DNA of 64,000 nucleotides, taken from the NCBI RefSeq assembly GCF_006345805.1, contig NC_042997.1:136152001-136216000 (forward strand), given 5' to 3'. This DNA comes from Octopus sinensis. Taxonomy: Eukaryota. Positions 53,206 through 64,000 of the stretch are shown in pieces; position 1 is the first letter of the stretch, and every line of letters starts with the position of its first letter. Below the pieces are notes generated by a model, which was not told the DNA's origin, did no database searches, and saw nothing but the letters and a program-made list of their open reading frames with translations. Both the position numbers and the translations under genes were made by a program.

Positions 53206-54261
53206 GAAAAATATTTATCTCAGAAAAGTGTGATTTATCCTATAGGGGTCAACTGATTAAAGTTTGATAATCATACATAGAATTTTTCAATGTGTGATTA
53301 ACACTAGTGACTTTGGAAAGTAGGAAATGGGAGTTATAAGATTTCTGACATTACCCCAGAAGAGCTTTAGCAATATAAGTAATGAGACCAGCAGCAACTA
53401 AGATATGAAAGCGATTTACATTAGTAGGATTCATCTTAGATTCTACAGAGCTTGCCTCAGTTAAAATACAGAAAAGTAGTGATGAATGAATCACGTGGGT
53501 TGAGCTTTGGAATATATAGGCAAAATTATTTTAGTACAGTGGAACTTTGAATATTAAGAATTTGAGAAAATTATATTTATATTATTGGTTTTTGATAGAG
53601 GCATGTTTTTTGTGTTGTTTTATCAGCAGTTTCTAACATAGGCACATATTTGGATGGATAAAATAGTGGATTAAATCCACCCCAGTGCTTTGTTGGAGCT
53701 ATACTTCACTAATCAAAAAAAAAAAACAGCAAAATTGAATTCAGATTGATTTAACCTCTAATCCACAGTCATATAGTTTTTTTCTCTCTGCCTTTCATCT
53801 CTACCACAAGAGCTTCTCTTCCTCTGGATCAGGTAGTTATAGGCTCACTTAACATAGCTGTCTCTAAATCTTGCATCACTCGTATTGTCTCTCATCAACC
53901 AGACTTCACATAAACCAATTTTCCAAAATCTTTTTTTTCTTACAGTTCCTCGTCAACACCCTCCTAACCCATTTTTTCCTGCAGATATTGACTTACAGAT
54001 GTTCAAACGGAATATAAACCATATATTGATCTCACCAATTTTTCAGATGTCTTGAAGGTTATTATTGGGTACTGTTGATAACCTCTGACTAAGCCATTTA
54101 TTTTACACTATATAACTAAATTAACTTTTGAAATGACGAATATAACAAAATTACTTTCACCTAGATGCAACACAATCTATTTCAACACATGATTTCAGAC
54201 CAAATCTCAAACCAAAAATATACAAGAATGCAAGTCATTTTCTACCTTCAACTGCACCTAA

Positions 54262-54426
54262 GACCCCTTTCAGTCATGAATGACCATGGGATGAACCTAG
54301 AAAGTTCCCCTCTAAGGCACAAGTCTGGGTAAGGTTGTTTATGGAAGACCAGCAGTTGCCCATGTATACCAACCTCTCCTCTTCATGCCACCAATGTTAT
54401 CCAAGAGAAAGGCAAAGGCCAATACA
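54262..54426 (-). mobile_element. SINE family C, 3' part, CpG-eroded
   Basis: Aligns to 27772-27930 with CG changed to CA or TG. Confidence 0.85.
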
Positions 54427-54433
54427 TCTATAC

Positions 54434-54475
<42 letters not shown>

Positions 54476-54565
54476 ATTAAGGTGGTTTTAGAGTCGGATC
54501 ATGGCTGCTATTTTCAGCATGGTGGTATCTCGTAGAAACCCTAATTTATAATTTTAAATATATAT

Positions 54566-54598
<33 letters not shown>

Positions 54599-54709
54599 GC
54601 ATATGTGGGCACAGGACTTCATGAAACGGGTACAACAAAAAATTCGAAGTATGATTACATGGAATATGACCTATTTTTTCGAACAACAAAAGATATATAT
54701 ATATATATT

Positions 54710-54936
54710 CTTTTACTCTTTTACTCTTTTACTTGTTTCAGTCATTTGATTGCGGCCATGCTGGAGCACCGCCTGTAGTCGAGCAAATCGATACCAGAGC
54801 TTATTCTTTGTAAGCCTAGTAGCTATTGTATCGGTCTCTTTTGCCGAACCGCTATATTTCGGGGACGTAAACACACCAGTATTGGTTGTCAAGCGATGCT
54901 GGGCGGACAAACACAGACACACAAACATATACACAC

Positions 54937-54976
<40 letters not shown>

Positions 54977-55139
54977 GACGGGCTTCTTTCAGTTTGCGTC
55001 CACCAAATCCACTCACAAAGCTTTGGTCGGCCCGAGGCTATATTAGAAGACACTTGCCCAATGTGCCACGCAGTGGGACTGAACCCAGGACCATGTGGTT
55101 GGTAAGCAAACTACTTACCTCACAGCCACTCGTGCGCCT
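54710..55139 (-). mobile_element. SINE family B, full length, CpG intact
   Basis: Reverse complement match; tail (TTTACTC)n. Confidence 0.9.
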
Positions 55140-55180
55140 CTAAAGACCATTTAAAATTTTTGTTACAGTGAGTGATTTAA

Positions 55181-55481
55181 AACATAACCGGTTTCGATAT
55201 ATCCATCTTATCAAATATTGAAAACAAAATTGGTAGGAAAGTCAAAGTGAAAAAAAATTGTTGGTAAATAGATGGTACCTATGTTTTAGTGCATAGTGAA
55301 ATTTCACATTAGAGTGGCTTCTTATATATGCTTTGTCTATGTAGGATTGGTGTGGGGTTCAAATGTTAAAGTTTCAGGATTTCTACTGAAGTCTTGAATT
55401 GAATAGAGAGTTTCTATTCAGGATATAGCCAGCCGTGTATGTGTGTGTGTATGTGTGTGTATGTGTTTGTTTGTGTGTGCG

Positions 55482-55546
<65 letters not shown>

Positions 55547-55668
55547 TTGGAATATATTGTCAAAATATTTTTCCTTTTTCTATTGAGAGAATATGGTCAG
55601 TGGTTAAGTGGCTTTTTTAAGGATGGTCATTCAAAGGATTTGGAAGGAATTATTTTTCATTTACTTTG

Positions 55669-55724
<56 letters not shown>

Positions 55725-56460
55725 TGCTTTGTCTGTTGAGTGAGTGTGTATCTGTGTGTCTATGTATGTGTGTTGTTTTGGAAATATATATTGTATATTG
55801 TGGTGGGTGTATATATGTGCGTGTTTTGGGTTTTTGGAGGGAATATTTTCTGTCAGTGTTATTGTGGTGTGGGTGTGTTATTGTGACGTGTGTGTGTGTG
55901 TTATTATGGCGTGCGTGTATGTCTTTGTGTGCGTGTGTGTGAGACAGATCTTTATTTGTTGATTAATAGAGTGTGTTTAGATATTTACTTGTGGTGTATA
56001 TTTGTTAGAGTTTGGTGTGTGTTTGTTTTTCATAGTGTGTGTGTTGTTTTGTCTATGCGTGCGTATAATTTTAGTGGTGCATGTGTGTATGTTTTTTAGC
56101 TTTTTGGAAATATGTTCTGTAATTTCCGGTGTGTGGATTTATGTTGCGTATGTTTCGTTTTCTGGGAATGTTTTATGTGTATGTTATTGTGCTGTGTGTG
56201 TGCGCGTGCATGTGTTTGTGTGCGTGTGTGTGTGTGCGCGTATTTGAGACAGTTCCTTAATTATTGGGTAATGGTGGATGTTTTGATAAATACTTATAAT
56301 TTATATTCGTTGATGAATTGTTTTTCCTTGTTTATTCTTTGTTGTTGGGTGAAAGATTCCAAGCAATTGCAAAGGGGGAAGATTATAAACTTGGGTAAGA
56401 CCATTCCGGCACAGTTTGCAATTTGATAACTAAATACCAATAGTCATTTAAGAACGCCTT
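55181..56460 (-). mobile_element. 3' end of a Penelope-like element invaded by (CA)n repeats
   Basis: VLPKFIIFPLCNCLESFTQQQRINKEKQFINEYK (about 56300-56410) parallels LQPQFLIFPLYQC..QVQLNKEA*FIEKYK at 30.5 kb. Decayed hammerhead AATAT TTGATAA GAT..ATC GAAA CCGG TT ATGTT at 55181-55220. Confidence 0.62.
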
Positions 56461-56899
56461 CAATGTCCATGAACTGATGTGTGCAATTGAACCTCCTTCG
56501 CTATCACCAGGACCGGATACTATGAAATTACTTCAGAAATCATAGCGTCCTATTAGCATCATTTTTTCAGGTTCTCCTTTTCGAACACTGCCGAGGTCAA
56601 CTTTGCCTTTCACTCTATCGAACTCGATAAAATAAGAACCGGCTGAGCACTGAGGGTCGATATATTCGACAAGTCATTTTCCTAGAAAATTTCAGGCCTT
56701 ATTTCTATAACAGAAATAGTATTACATTTTATGATAATAAAAATTATTTTGTATAAACACGATGCCTCAAATGGGAGGGATAGATTCTAATCAATAACTG
56801 TACTCCGATTGTAAAGAGCGGAAACAAATATTTTAAATCTATGATTTAACTTTTTAGATCGACCAGCATTTGTGAGAGGAAATTTGGTGGACAGAATCT

Positions 56900-56906
56900 C
56901 TGTGTG

Positions 56907-56943
<37 letters not shown>

Positions 56944-57035
56944 CGTGCGTGTGTGGGTGTGTGTGCGTGTGTGTGTGTGCGCGTGTGCGTGTGTGTGTGT
57001 GTGTGTGTGCGTGCGTGCGTGCGTATGTGTGTGAG
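56900..57035. repeat. (GT)n/(GCGT)n microsatellite
   Basis: Directly visible. Confidence 0.95.
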
Positions 57036-58729
57036 TATACAGTAACAATTGTCTGCACAACCTCTGTTTATATTCCCTTCTCAAATCTAAAAGCTATTGG
57101 TCAAGACTACATTAGAAGACACTCTAAATAACGCCCTGGAATCACGTGTCTGAAATCACATGTGTGTGTGCACGCGCGCGTGTGTGTGTGTGTGAGTGTA
57201 AGTCGTGACTGAATCTGTATTTATGTTTACTGGTGATAACTGGCGTCGAGTTGCATTAATCTCCGTAAAAAAATAAAAAGAAACGTACCCTAGCGGTTCA
57301 ATAAATAGAGAGCGATAACAAGTAGACAAGGCGGTGTGATCAATCAAAACACTTGAAGGTGGTGCTCTAGAATGACCGCTGTATAAAGACTGTAACATGT
57401 AAACTAGAATAACAAAAATAATAATATATATTTATAGTGTATATTATATTCGTATCCCTTCAAGTCATACTGGACGTGAATGGTATTGTAATGGAAGTTG
57501 GATTTGTATTGTATTGGTGAACTTTGTAGTGACATATATGTTAATAAACAAAATGCTTCCATAAGTGAGATTTTAAATAAAATTTCAATATATTTTTATA
57601 ACGAAAAATACAGCAAGATTGAATGTATTATTACTGTATAGTCACTTTTAAATCTTACTATATTTCGTAGCTTCAAACGATAATGGTAAGAGATTTGTTC
57701 ATAACGATGATATTGTTAGGAATAGAAAGATAGAAAATAGAAGGGAGAGATACTATATATCATATTTAGAAATAAATTTCAGTGCATGTTATTTTATAAT
57801 TTAAAATCAGAGAGTTTAATATTGGTTTGTAAAATATTCCCAATGTACTATGTAGTCATTTCAAGCACATGTGACATATATGTTCAATAAACATGAAAAC
57901 AATTTAGCAAATCTGCAGTGTCCAGAAGCTTGGTTGTGATACCCCCCACTCTTCCTCCCATACAGCTTAGACTTACACATCGTCATTTCTAAGAGTGACC
58001 AATCCTATGCAAATGATTTCATTATTTCAGCTCCCAACATCTATGAACATTATACAAACCTCATGTAGAATGATGATAATGCTATATATATAAAAACATC
58101 TTTGACTTCATCCAAAGAATAATCGCCAAAATTCATGCTCACCAAGACAATTCCAACCCCTGGACAACAGATGGGTTGCCCGAAAGGCAAAGGTGACTTC
58201 AACGCGATGTGAAATCAGAGTATAGAGTGCGGGAATAAATATGATTATAAATTATAAAGTAACATGTACTGAAATTTATTTCAAAATATGATATATAATA
58301 TCTCTCCGTGATATTTTATATCTCTCTTTTTCTGACAATATCATAGTTATGAACAAATCTCTCACCATTATCATTCGAAGCCATGAAATATAGAACAAAT
58401 TCTTTCTGATGCTTAACTACTATATGTATGCGCTTGCGTGTTCGGGTTTGTGCGTATCTGCGTGTATATGAGAATAGTAGAGGCGTAGGTAGAGATATCC
58501 AGAATGTGTCTGTGAATGCTTATCTGAAGAGAAAGAGATGGCTGGTTTGCGTGTGTATGTGTGTGTGTGTGTCTCTCTCTCTCTCTGTCTGTTTGTCCAT
58601 GTGCCAACGTGTGTGTTTGTGTGAAAGAGACAACATGGTGGATGAATTTCGTTTTGTGTGCTCATGTGCAAAGAGATGTGTATGTGTGTGTTTGCAGGCC
58701 AGTGAGTGCGGTAATGTATGTATCAGGCT

Positions 58730-59600
58730 GTGATTTACTTTTGTTCTTTTTGACTTTAGTTCTTGGTAAGTGTTTTTTAATTGATGGAGTAATATGAATG
58801 ATAATTAGAAGTGGTATAAACAGAGGAAGTAGTTGTATAGGAATTAGGAATGGTGGAGGCTATGGGTTGATAGAAATGTATGATGAACAGGTATATTTTG
58901 GTTTGATTTAGACATTTTTTTATTGTTTACGATCCAGTCAAGCGTGGGTGTGAAGAAATACAGAGATGAGTCATATCCAGTTGACGTTAATCATTATATA
59001 TAAGGAATTTGTATTTATGGTTCACAAAATAATGTTTGTAGTTAATACAGTTGGTCACACAACGTAAATCAGACTGAGTATTGAGTTTGGTGTTAGCATT
59101 GGTGCTATTAGCTTTCTATATAGAATTTAAACTTGGTATTTTAGAAAGGTTTGGATTGATAATATTATGTTACTATAAATATTTATTTAGGTTTTCTAAT
59201 TTTTTCTAGTATGGCTATTTATATTTGCACCATGAGTTTAGAATAATACATAGATATAACATACATGTTAGCTAAACATCCAAATTACACATCTGTTTAC
59301 TCCTTTAATTCCATATCTAACTGAACCCTAAACAATAACAAAATTATTAAAACAAACCAAAATAAGTCTCCCAACCATACTTTTCTATAAATCTACACCC
59401 TACAAACACATATTTTCCTTCTATCTTCTAAAACAACTTCCCCTATAGGACATCTAATTAGCATTCATATTACTCCTCCTCCCCAACATGCAATCTACAA
59501 CAGACTAAAGTGAGGAACAACATAAACAAACCATGGTTTGATGACGACTAGCAAACCAAAACTTTGAAGTCACTGTCAAACTCTTCGTTGTAAAAGTTAA
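58730..59600. mobile_element. Old inverted-repeat element, probably PLE-derived
   Basis: GGAGTAATATGAATGATAATTAGA (58786) is inverted at about 59453-59476. Hammerhead remnant TTGATGA CGAC...GTC ACTGTCAAAC near 59538-59581 lacks GAAA. Confidence 0.4.
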
Positions 59601-59665
59601 TATATATGTAATCTATGAAAAAGTATTCAGTAATTCTTCATTCTAATGTTAAATTGTTTTCATAT

Positions 59666-60300
59666 ACGATGTATAGTCAAAAAGTACCCGACCGTTGGCC
59701 AAAAAAACATGTAATATTAAAAACAACTTACCAATTTGATTTAGTCTCCTTCGAAGTATTCGCCTTGAGAATCTACAATCCCCTGCTAGCGTTCCTGCCA
59801 CTGCGGAAACATTTCTGGAAAATCACTTTTAGGGATTGTTTAGAGCTGTCCCGTTGAATTCTGTTTAATGTCCTCTGTTGACTCAAATCTTCTCCATTTG
59901 AGTGTTTTGGGGGGGTTTTTTAGCTTTGGGAATAGCCAAAAGTCACACAGAGTCGACTCAGAGGGGTAGGAAGCCTGGCGAACAAGTAGTATGTTTTGCT
60001 TGATATGGAATGCTTGGACGACAAGGGCGGAATGAGTGGGTACGTTGTGATGGTGGAGTTTCCAGTTCTTTGCTGCCCGCATGTGGGGTCGTTTTTGCCA
60101 CATGGCTTCACGAAGGCGACGATGGACCCACCCACCCCCGGTAGTATTCTTTGTTAATCGTCTGGTTACAACGTGGCTCATTGTTCATTGAGATGCAGCC
60201 ATTTTTGAACTGGTTGTACAACTTCTTTATTTGTATTTTCCCCCATAGCTTCATCTCCAAAGGCCTTCATGTCAATTTAATACGTCCAGCTGCTCTTGTC
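59666..60300 (-). mobile_element. Mariner transposon relic (3' half)
   Basis: WKLHHHNVPTH (HHDNAPAH) and ASYPSESTLCDFWLFPKLK (YSPDLAPCDF). Terminal TACGATGTATAGTCAAAAAGTACCCG. Confidence 0.88.
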
Positions 60301-62737
60301 AGTTTTCTGTCACAATTCTCTGCACTCTATCTTGCAATCTGTCAAATCAATATTTATAAATTCACTTATTTTTCTCTTAAATTTCCTATTCTTCATTGCT
60401 CACCACATAGTTGAGCACCCACCTCTTACCGCAATGTAACAATTTTTCATTGATCATCATTGCTAATATACCCGCTTTCTCTTTCAAACCATACCCTGTT
60501 TATTTGTGTAACTAATTCAATGACCTTGTATTCGTTATGCTCATTAAATATGTCGGCAACTACTTGCTCTTAGTGTATGTACAGCATTTCGAGTGATGTA
60601 GTTTTTCCTACTAATTTCAATCCAAGAATACTTCCTGCTATCTTGTACAGGTTCCACCATTTTATATCACAACGTCCTATTTTTCATTTTCTCATTTCCA
60701 TTTTTTAGTTCAAAGTATTAAGTTCGCTACTTTTTGCCGACATAATGCATCGCAACATTCCTAGGAGTCTAAAGTCTTTTATCTTATATCTTTAGCTTGT
60801 TTCAGTTATTTGACGTGGATTTTTCCTATCTCTGCTATTGCCGGGGATTAACTACAAATGCGTACAATATAGGGTATTATCCTTATCCAAAATATGGAAA
60901 GGTGCAATCATATGGCAGAGAAGGTATTAATGCAAAAAGTGTTATAAAGGAATCATAACATTCGACTTAAGACGTTTCAAATAGGTTAAATTCGGGAGAA
61001 AAACTCAGGCATTAAAACCTTCATTGCCTTTAATGGGAATAACACGATTCAACAAAAATAAAGTCAAATGCCTCAAGCAAGTACCATGTTAAATGTATGT
61101 GTTATTGTATTGTCACAAATTTGACATGATACTACGTGTGGAGGGGATGTACATATGTGTGTGTGTGAGTAAATACATAGCAAAAAAGGAATAGCATGAG
61201 ATGTTTATAAGATGTTTATCTACACCACCTTACGTTTGTTTCATAAGTATAAAGTGATTATCGGCTACATGGTGCAAAAATTACAAACTCCGTAATCCGC
61301 ACTTGCTGCCAACTCGTGGGAGATATGTAATTATTACAAAAAATATATTAAGAGAGAACATATGCTAGTAGTAGTCATCATCATTGAGATAGCTCGCGAC
61401 TTGACTCATTGGACTGATCTCAATGGCGAACCGGTGGGATTGCAAGAATGCCAGAAAAACGGCATCGTTGCATTTGTTCTGACTCTTTCTATTCTGAGTG
61501 CAAATTCCGTCGAAGCGAACTTTGCCTTTTATTCTAACGAGATTTTTAATACAATGTAATTTTCAAATACTGAGGTTTATGTAATCAACTTTTCTAGCCT
61601 TGTTCCTATCTCAGAAATCCTTATTAATAAGTACATACAAAAACAACATTGAATTAGATTGAAACTAATTTTAAGAATACTGTTGATAGTGTATTCGTGA
61701 TTTACGATGGACACTTACGTTATGGTTAACTGAAATACTTGAGAAATTCTATAAATATAAATTTGCGCGAATAATTTTGTATACATACACAGAGATGTGT
61801 TTAAATATACCTATGTTTTATGTATATAAAAGTATATGCAGATAATTACATTTTATACTGCGAATATAAACATAATTATAAATGAACGGAAGATAGACTT
61901 ATGATTTTTAAGGCCTGTATTTTCTAATGTAAATAAATATTTTTAAAAAGTCGTTAACTATTTACGCCAGTTAGAGTGAACGAATGTGTAATTTAATAAA
62001 TTTAATATTAAGGTTTTTGAATTGCTTTCCTTCAAAATAATTTTCAAATTCCAAATTTGATAAGTTCAAATAATGCGTTTACTATAACTCTGGTTTTATG
62101 AAAGTTGTGTCAAGAAAACGAATTTTAATTCTCTAACGAATAGAGTAGTAATTTAAGCTGTTTTTAAGAACTTTAATCAACTACAGTATAGAGCATTAAT
62201 AAGAAAATGGGAGACAAACGAATAAACGGTTAGCTATGATCTTCATTAGCTTACAGCTGTTTCTGCTATAATATCCAGTGGGCACATGGTTGAGTGCCTG
62301 AGTATTACCTTCTAGCTTCATCGGAGCCTCGAATATGAAGTGCAATTTATTTGGGATCAGAATTAAATGTGAGTCCACTGCATCTTATTGCAGAAATAGC
62401 TGTAAGCCAATGAAGTTCATAAGATAATCGTTCGCCATCTAATTTTCTAATATATATGTAATAAAATATATATTAATAAAAAAAAAGAAAATAAAAAGAA
62501 AATATATTTTTCTTAATCGCGAAAGTATTAACTTTTAACCGTGATGAACTGTATTCACATATATTCAAACATTTTTTCTCGCACTTTCTTATATGCTTGT
62601 ACAGATGAATTATATTCCATCTTCCGTGATGTCTAAATGTATATTCTATGATTAAATGTTCGAGTTATGAAATGTTATTGGATGACCTTGCATTTGTTTG
62701 TTCTATAACTTTAGTTTGATATATATATATATATATA

Positions 62738-63885
62738 CCAGGTCATTAAGAATGAAATGTTCGATTTTCTTATGCACCAAGTTTTATCCTGACAGTTCTT
62801 TGTTTTACAACATTGAAGAGTTACTTCATAACATTTCGAAATGCAATTCATGGTACCCGACTATATTGTGAGATTTCTCTTGTAAATCAGTTTTCGTGAA
62901 CCCATAATTAGATCAAAAATTCGTGTTGGTTATGAATATGAGTTCCGTCGTGGAACCAAATTATCCCAGACAGCTCGAAACATCAATGAATGTTTGGCGA
63001 AGATGTGACCAATGAGCGCACTGTACGTCGATGAATTGAGAAGTTCCGGTCTGGTGACTTTACTCTTGAAAATCAGCCCCGTGGTAGACCTTGGACCAAG
63101 GTAAATAATGGTGAGCTGGAAACTGTAATAGAAGTGGGAACATCTCAAACTGCGCGTGAGTTAGCGTCAAGGTTTGATGTTTCGATTCCAACTGTATTGG
63201 ACCATCGGAAACAAATCGGTAAGGTAAAGAAGGTGGACAAGTGGGTACCACACGAACTGAAGGTGCATCAAATGACACGTCGTCTTGAAACTTGCAATTC
63301 TTTGCTGTTACAGCATAAAAGCGCACCATTTTTGCATCGTATTGTTACGTGTGATGAAAATAGATTCTTTTCAACAATAGCAAGCATTCTGCACGGTGGT
63401 TGGATAGAGACGAAGTGCTAAAACACAATCCAAAAAAGAATATTCATCAAAAAAAGCTAATGGTATCTGTTTGGTGGTCCAGGGCTGATGTCATCTTCTA
63501 CGGCTTCATGGGACCTGGTAAGTCAATTACAGCGGATGTATACATCGACAAAGTGGATGAAATGATGAGTGAACTTGCAATTAAACAACCGAGATTGGTC
63601 AATAAAGACAGGCCAATTCTCTTGCAAGACCACATGTTGCACAAGGAATGTTACTCAAGTTACAGAAACTTCAAATCTGAAGAAGATGCAAAACAGCCTT
63701 TTGTGATTTCATCACGTAGTGCCCTCCCAAATTCTTCGCTGCTGGCATAAATAAGCTACTGATAAAATGGCAAAATTGCGTTGATAATTTAGGTGCATGC
63801 TTTCATTAACTGCGTTGCTTTTTGTTGAGATAAAATAAAATAAACTTTCGGCTCAAAATCGGGCATTTCATTCTTAATGACCTGA
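62738..63885 (+). mobile_element. Mariner element with both TIRs, transposase pseudogenised
   Basis: TIRs CCAGGTCATTAAGAATGAAATG / CATTTCATTCTTAATGACCTGA with flanking TA. Motifs ENQPRGRP, WVPHEL, IVTCDE, KLMVSVWW, ILLQD; frameshifts and deletion of the YSPDL region. Confidence 0.95.
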
Positions 63886-63894
63886 TACATATAT

Positions 63895-63947
<53 letters not shown>

Positions 63948-64000
63948 CACACACACATATATATGTATGTATGTATGTATGTATATACATACACAACATA

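Noticed and set aside
63134-63750. Active mariner transposase
   Set aside because: Split by frameshifts and lacking the third catalytic Asp region.

Overview
AT-rich animal genomic DNA, intergenic or deep intronic. The SINE families and microsatellite load suggest an octopus or other coleoid cephalopod (inference). I find no intact protein-coding gene; most ORFs in the track are microsatellite or transposon debris. The window holds R4/Dong-type restriction-like-endonuclease LINEs in trinucleotide repeats, an RTE fragment, several Penelope-like elements (PLEs), three mariner relics, a hAT relic, a short non-autonomous Helitron, a Gypsy integrase scrap and many tRNA-derived SINEs. The standout feature is at 46.6-47.7 kb: a young, non-coding element made of about 1.7 tandem copies of a 536-nt unit plus a 165-bp inverted arm. 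Each unit carries an intact type I hammerhead ribozyme with a palindromic stem III, so it is a candidate circRNA-producing retrozyme or non-autonomous PLE. Also notable: a four-unit SINE concatemer inside one 18-bp TSD, a CpG-eroded block at 51.4-54.4 kb containing a decayed exon of about 1.1 kb, and a candidate recursive splice site at 35118/35119. Coordinates were read by eye; ends of degenerate elements are approximate.
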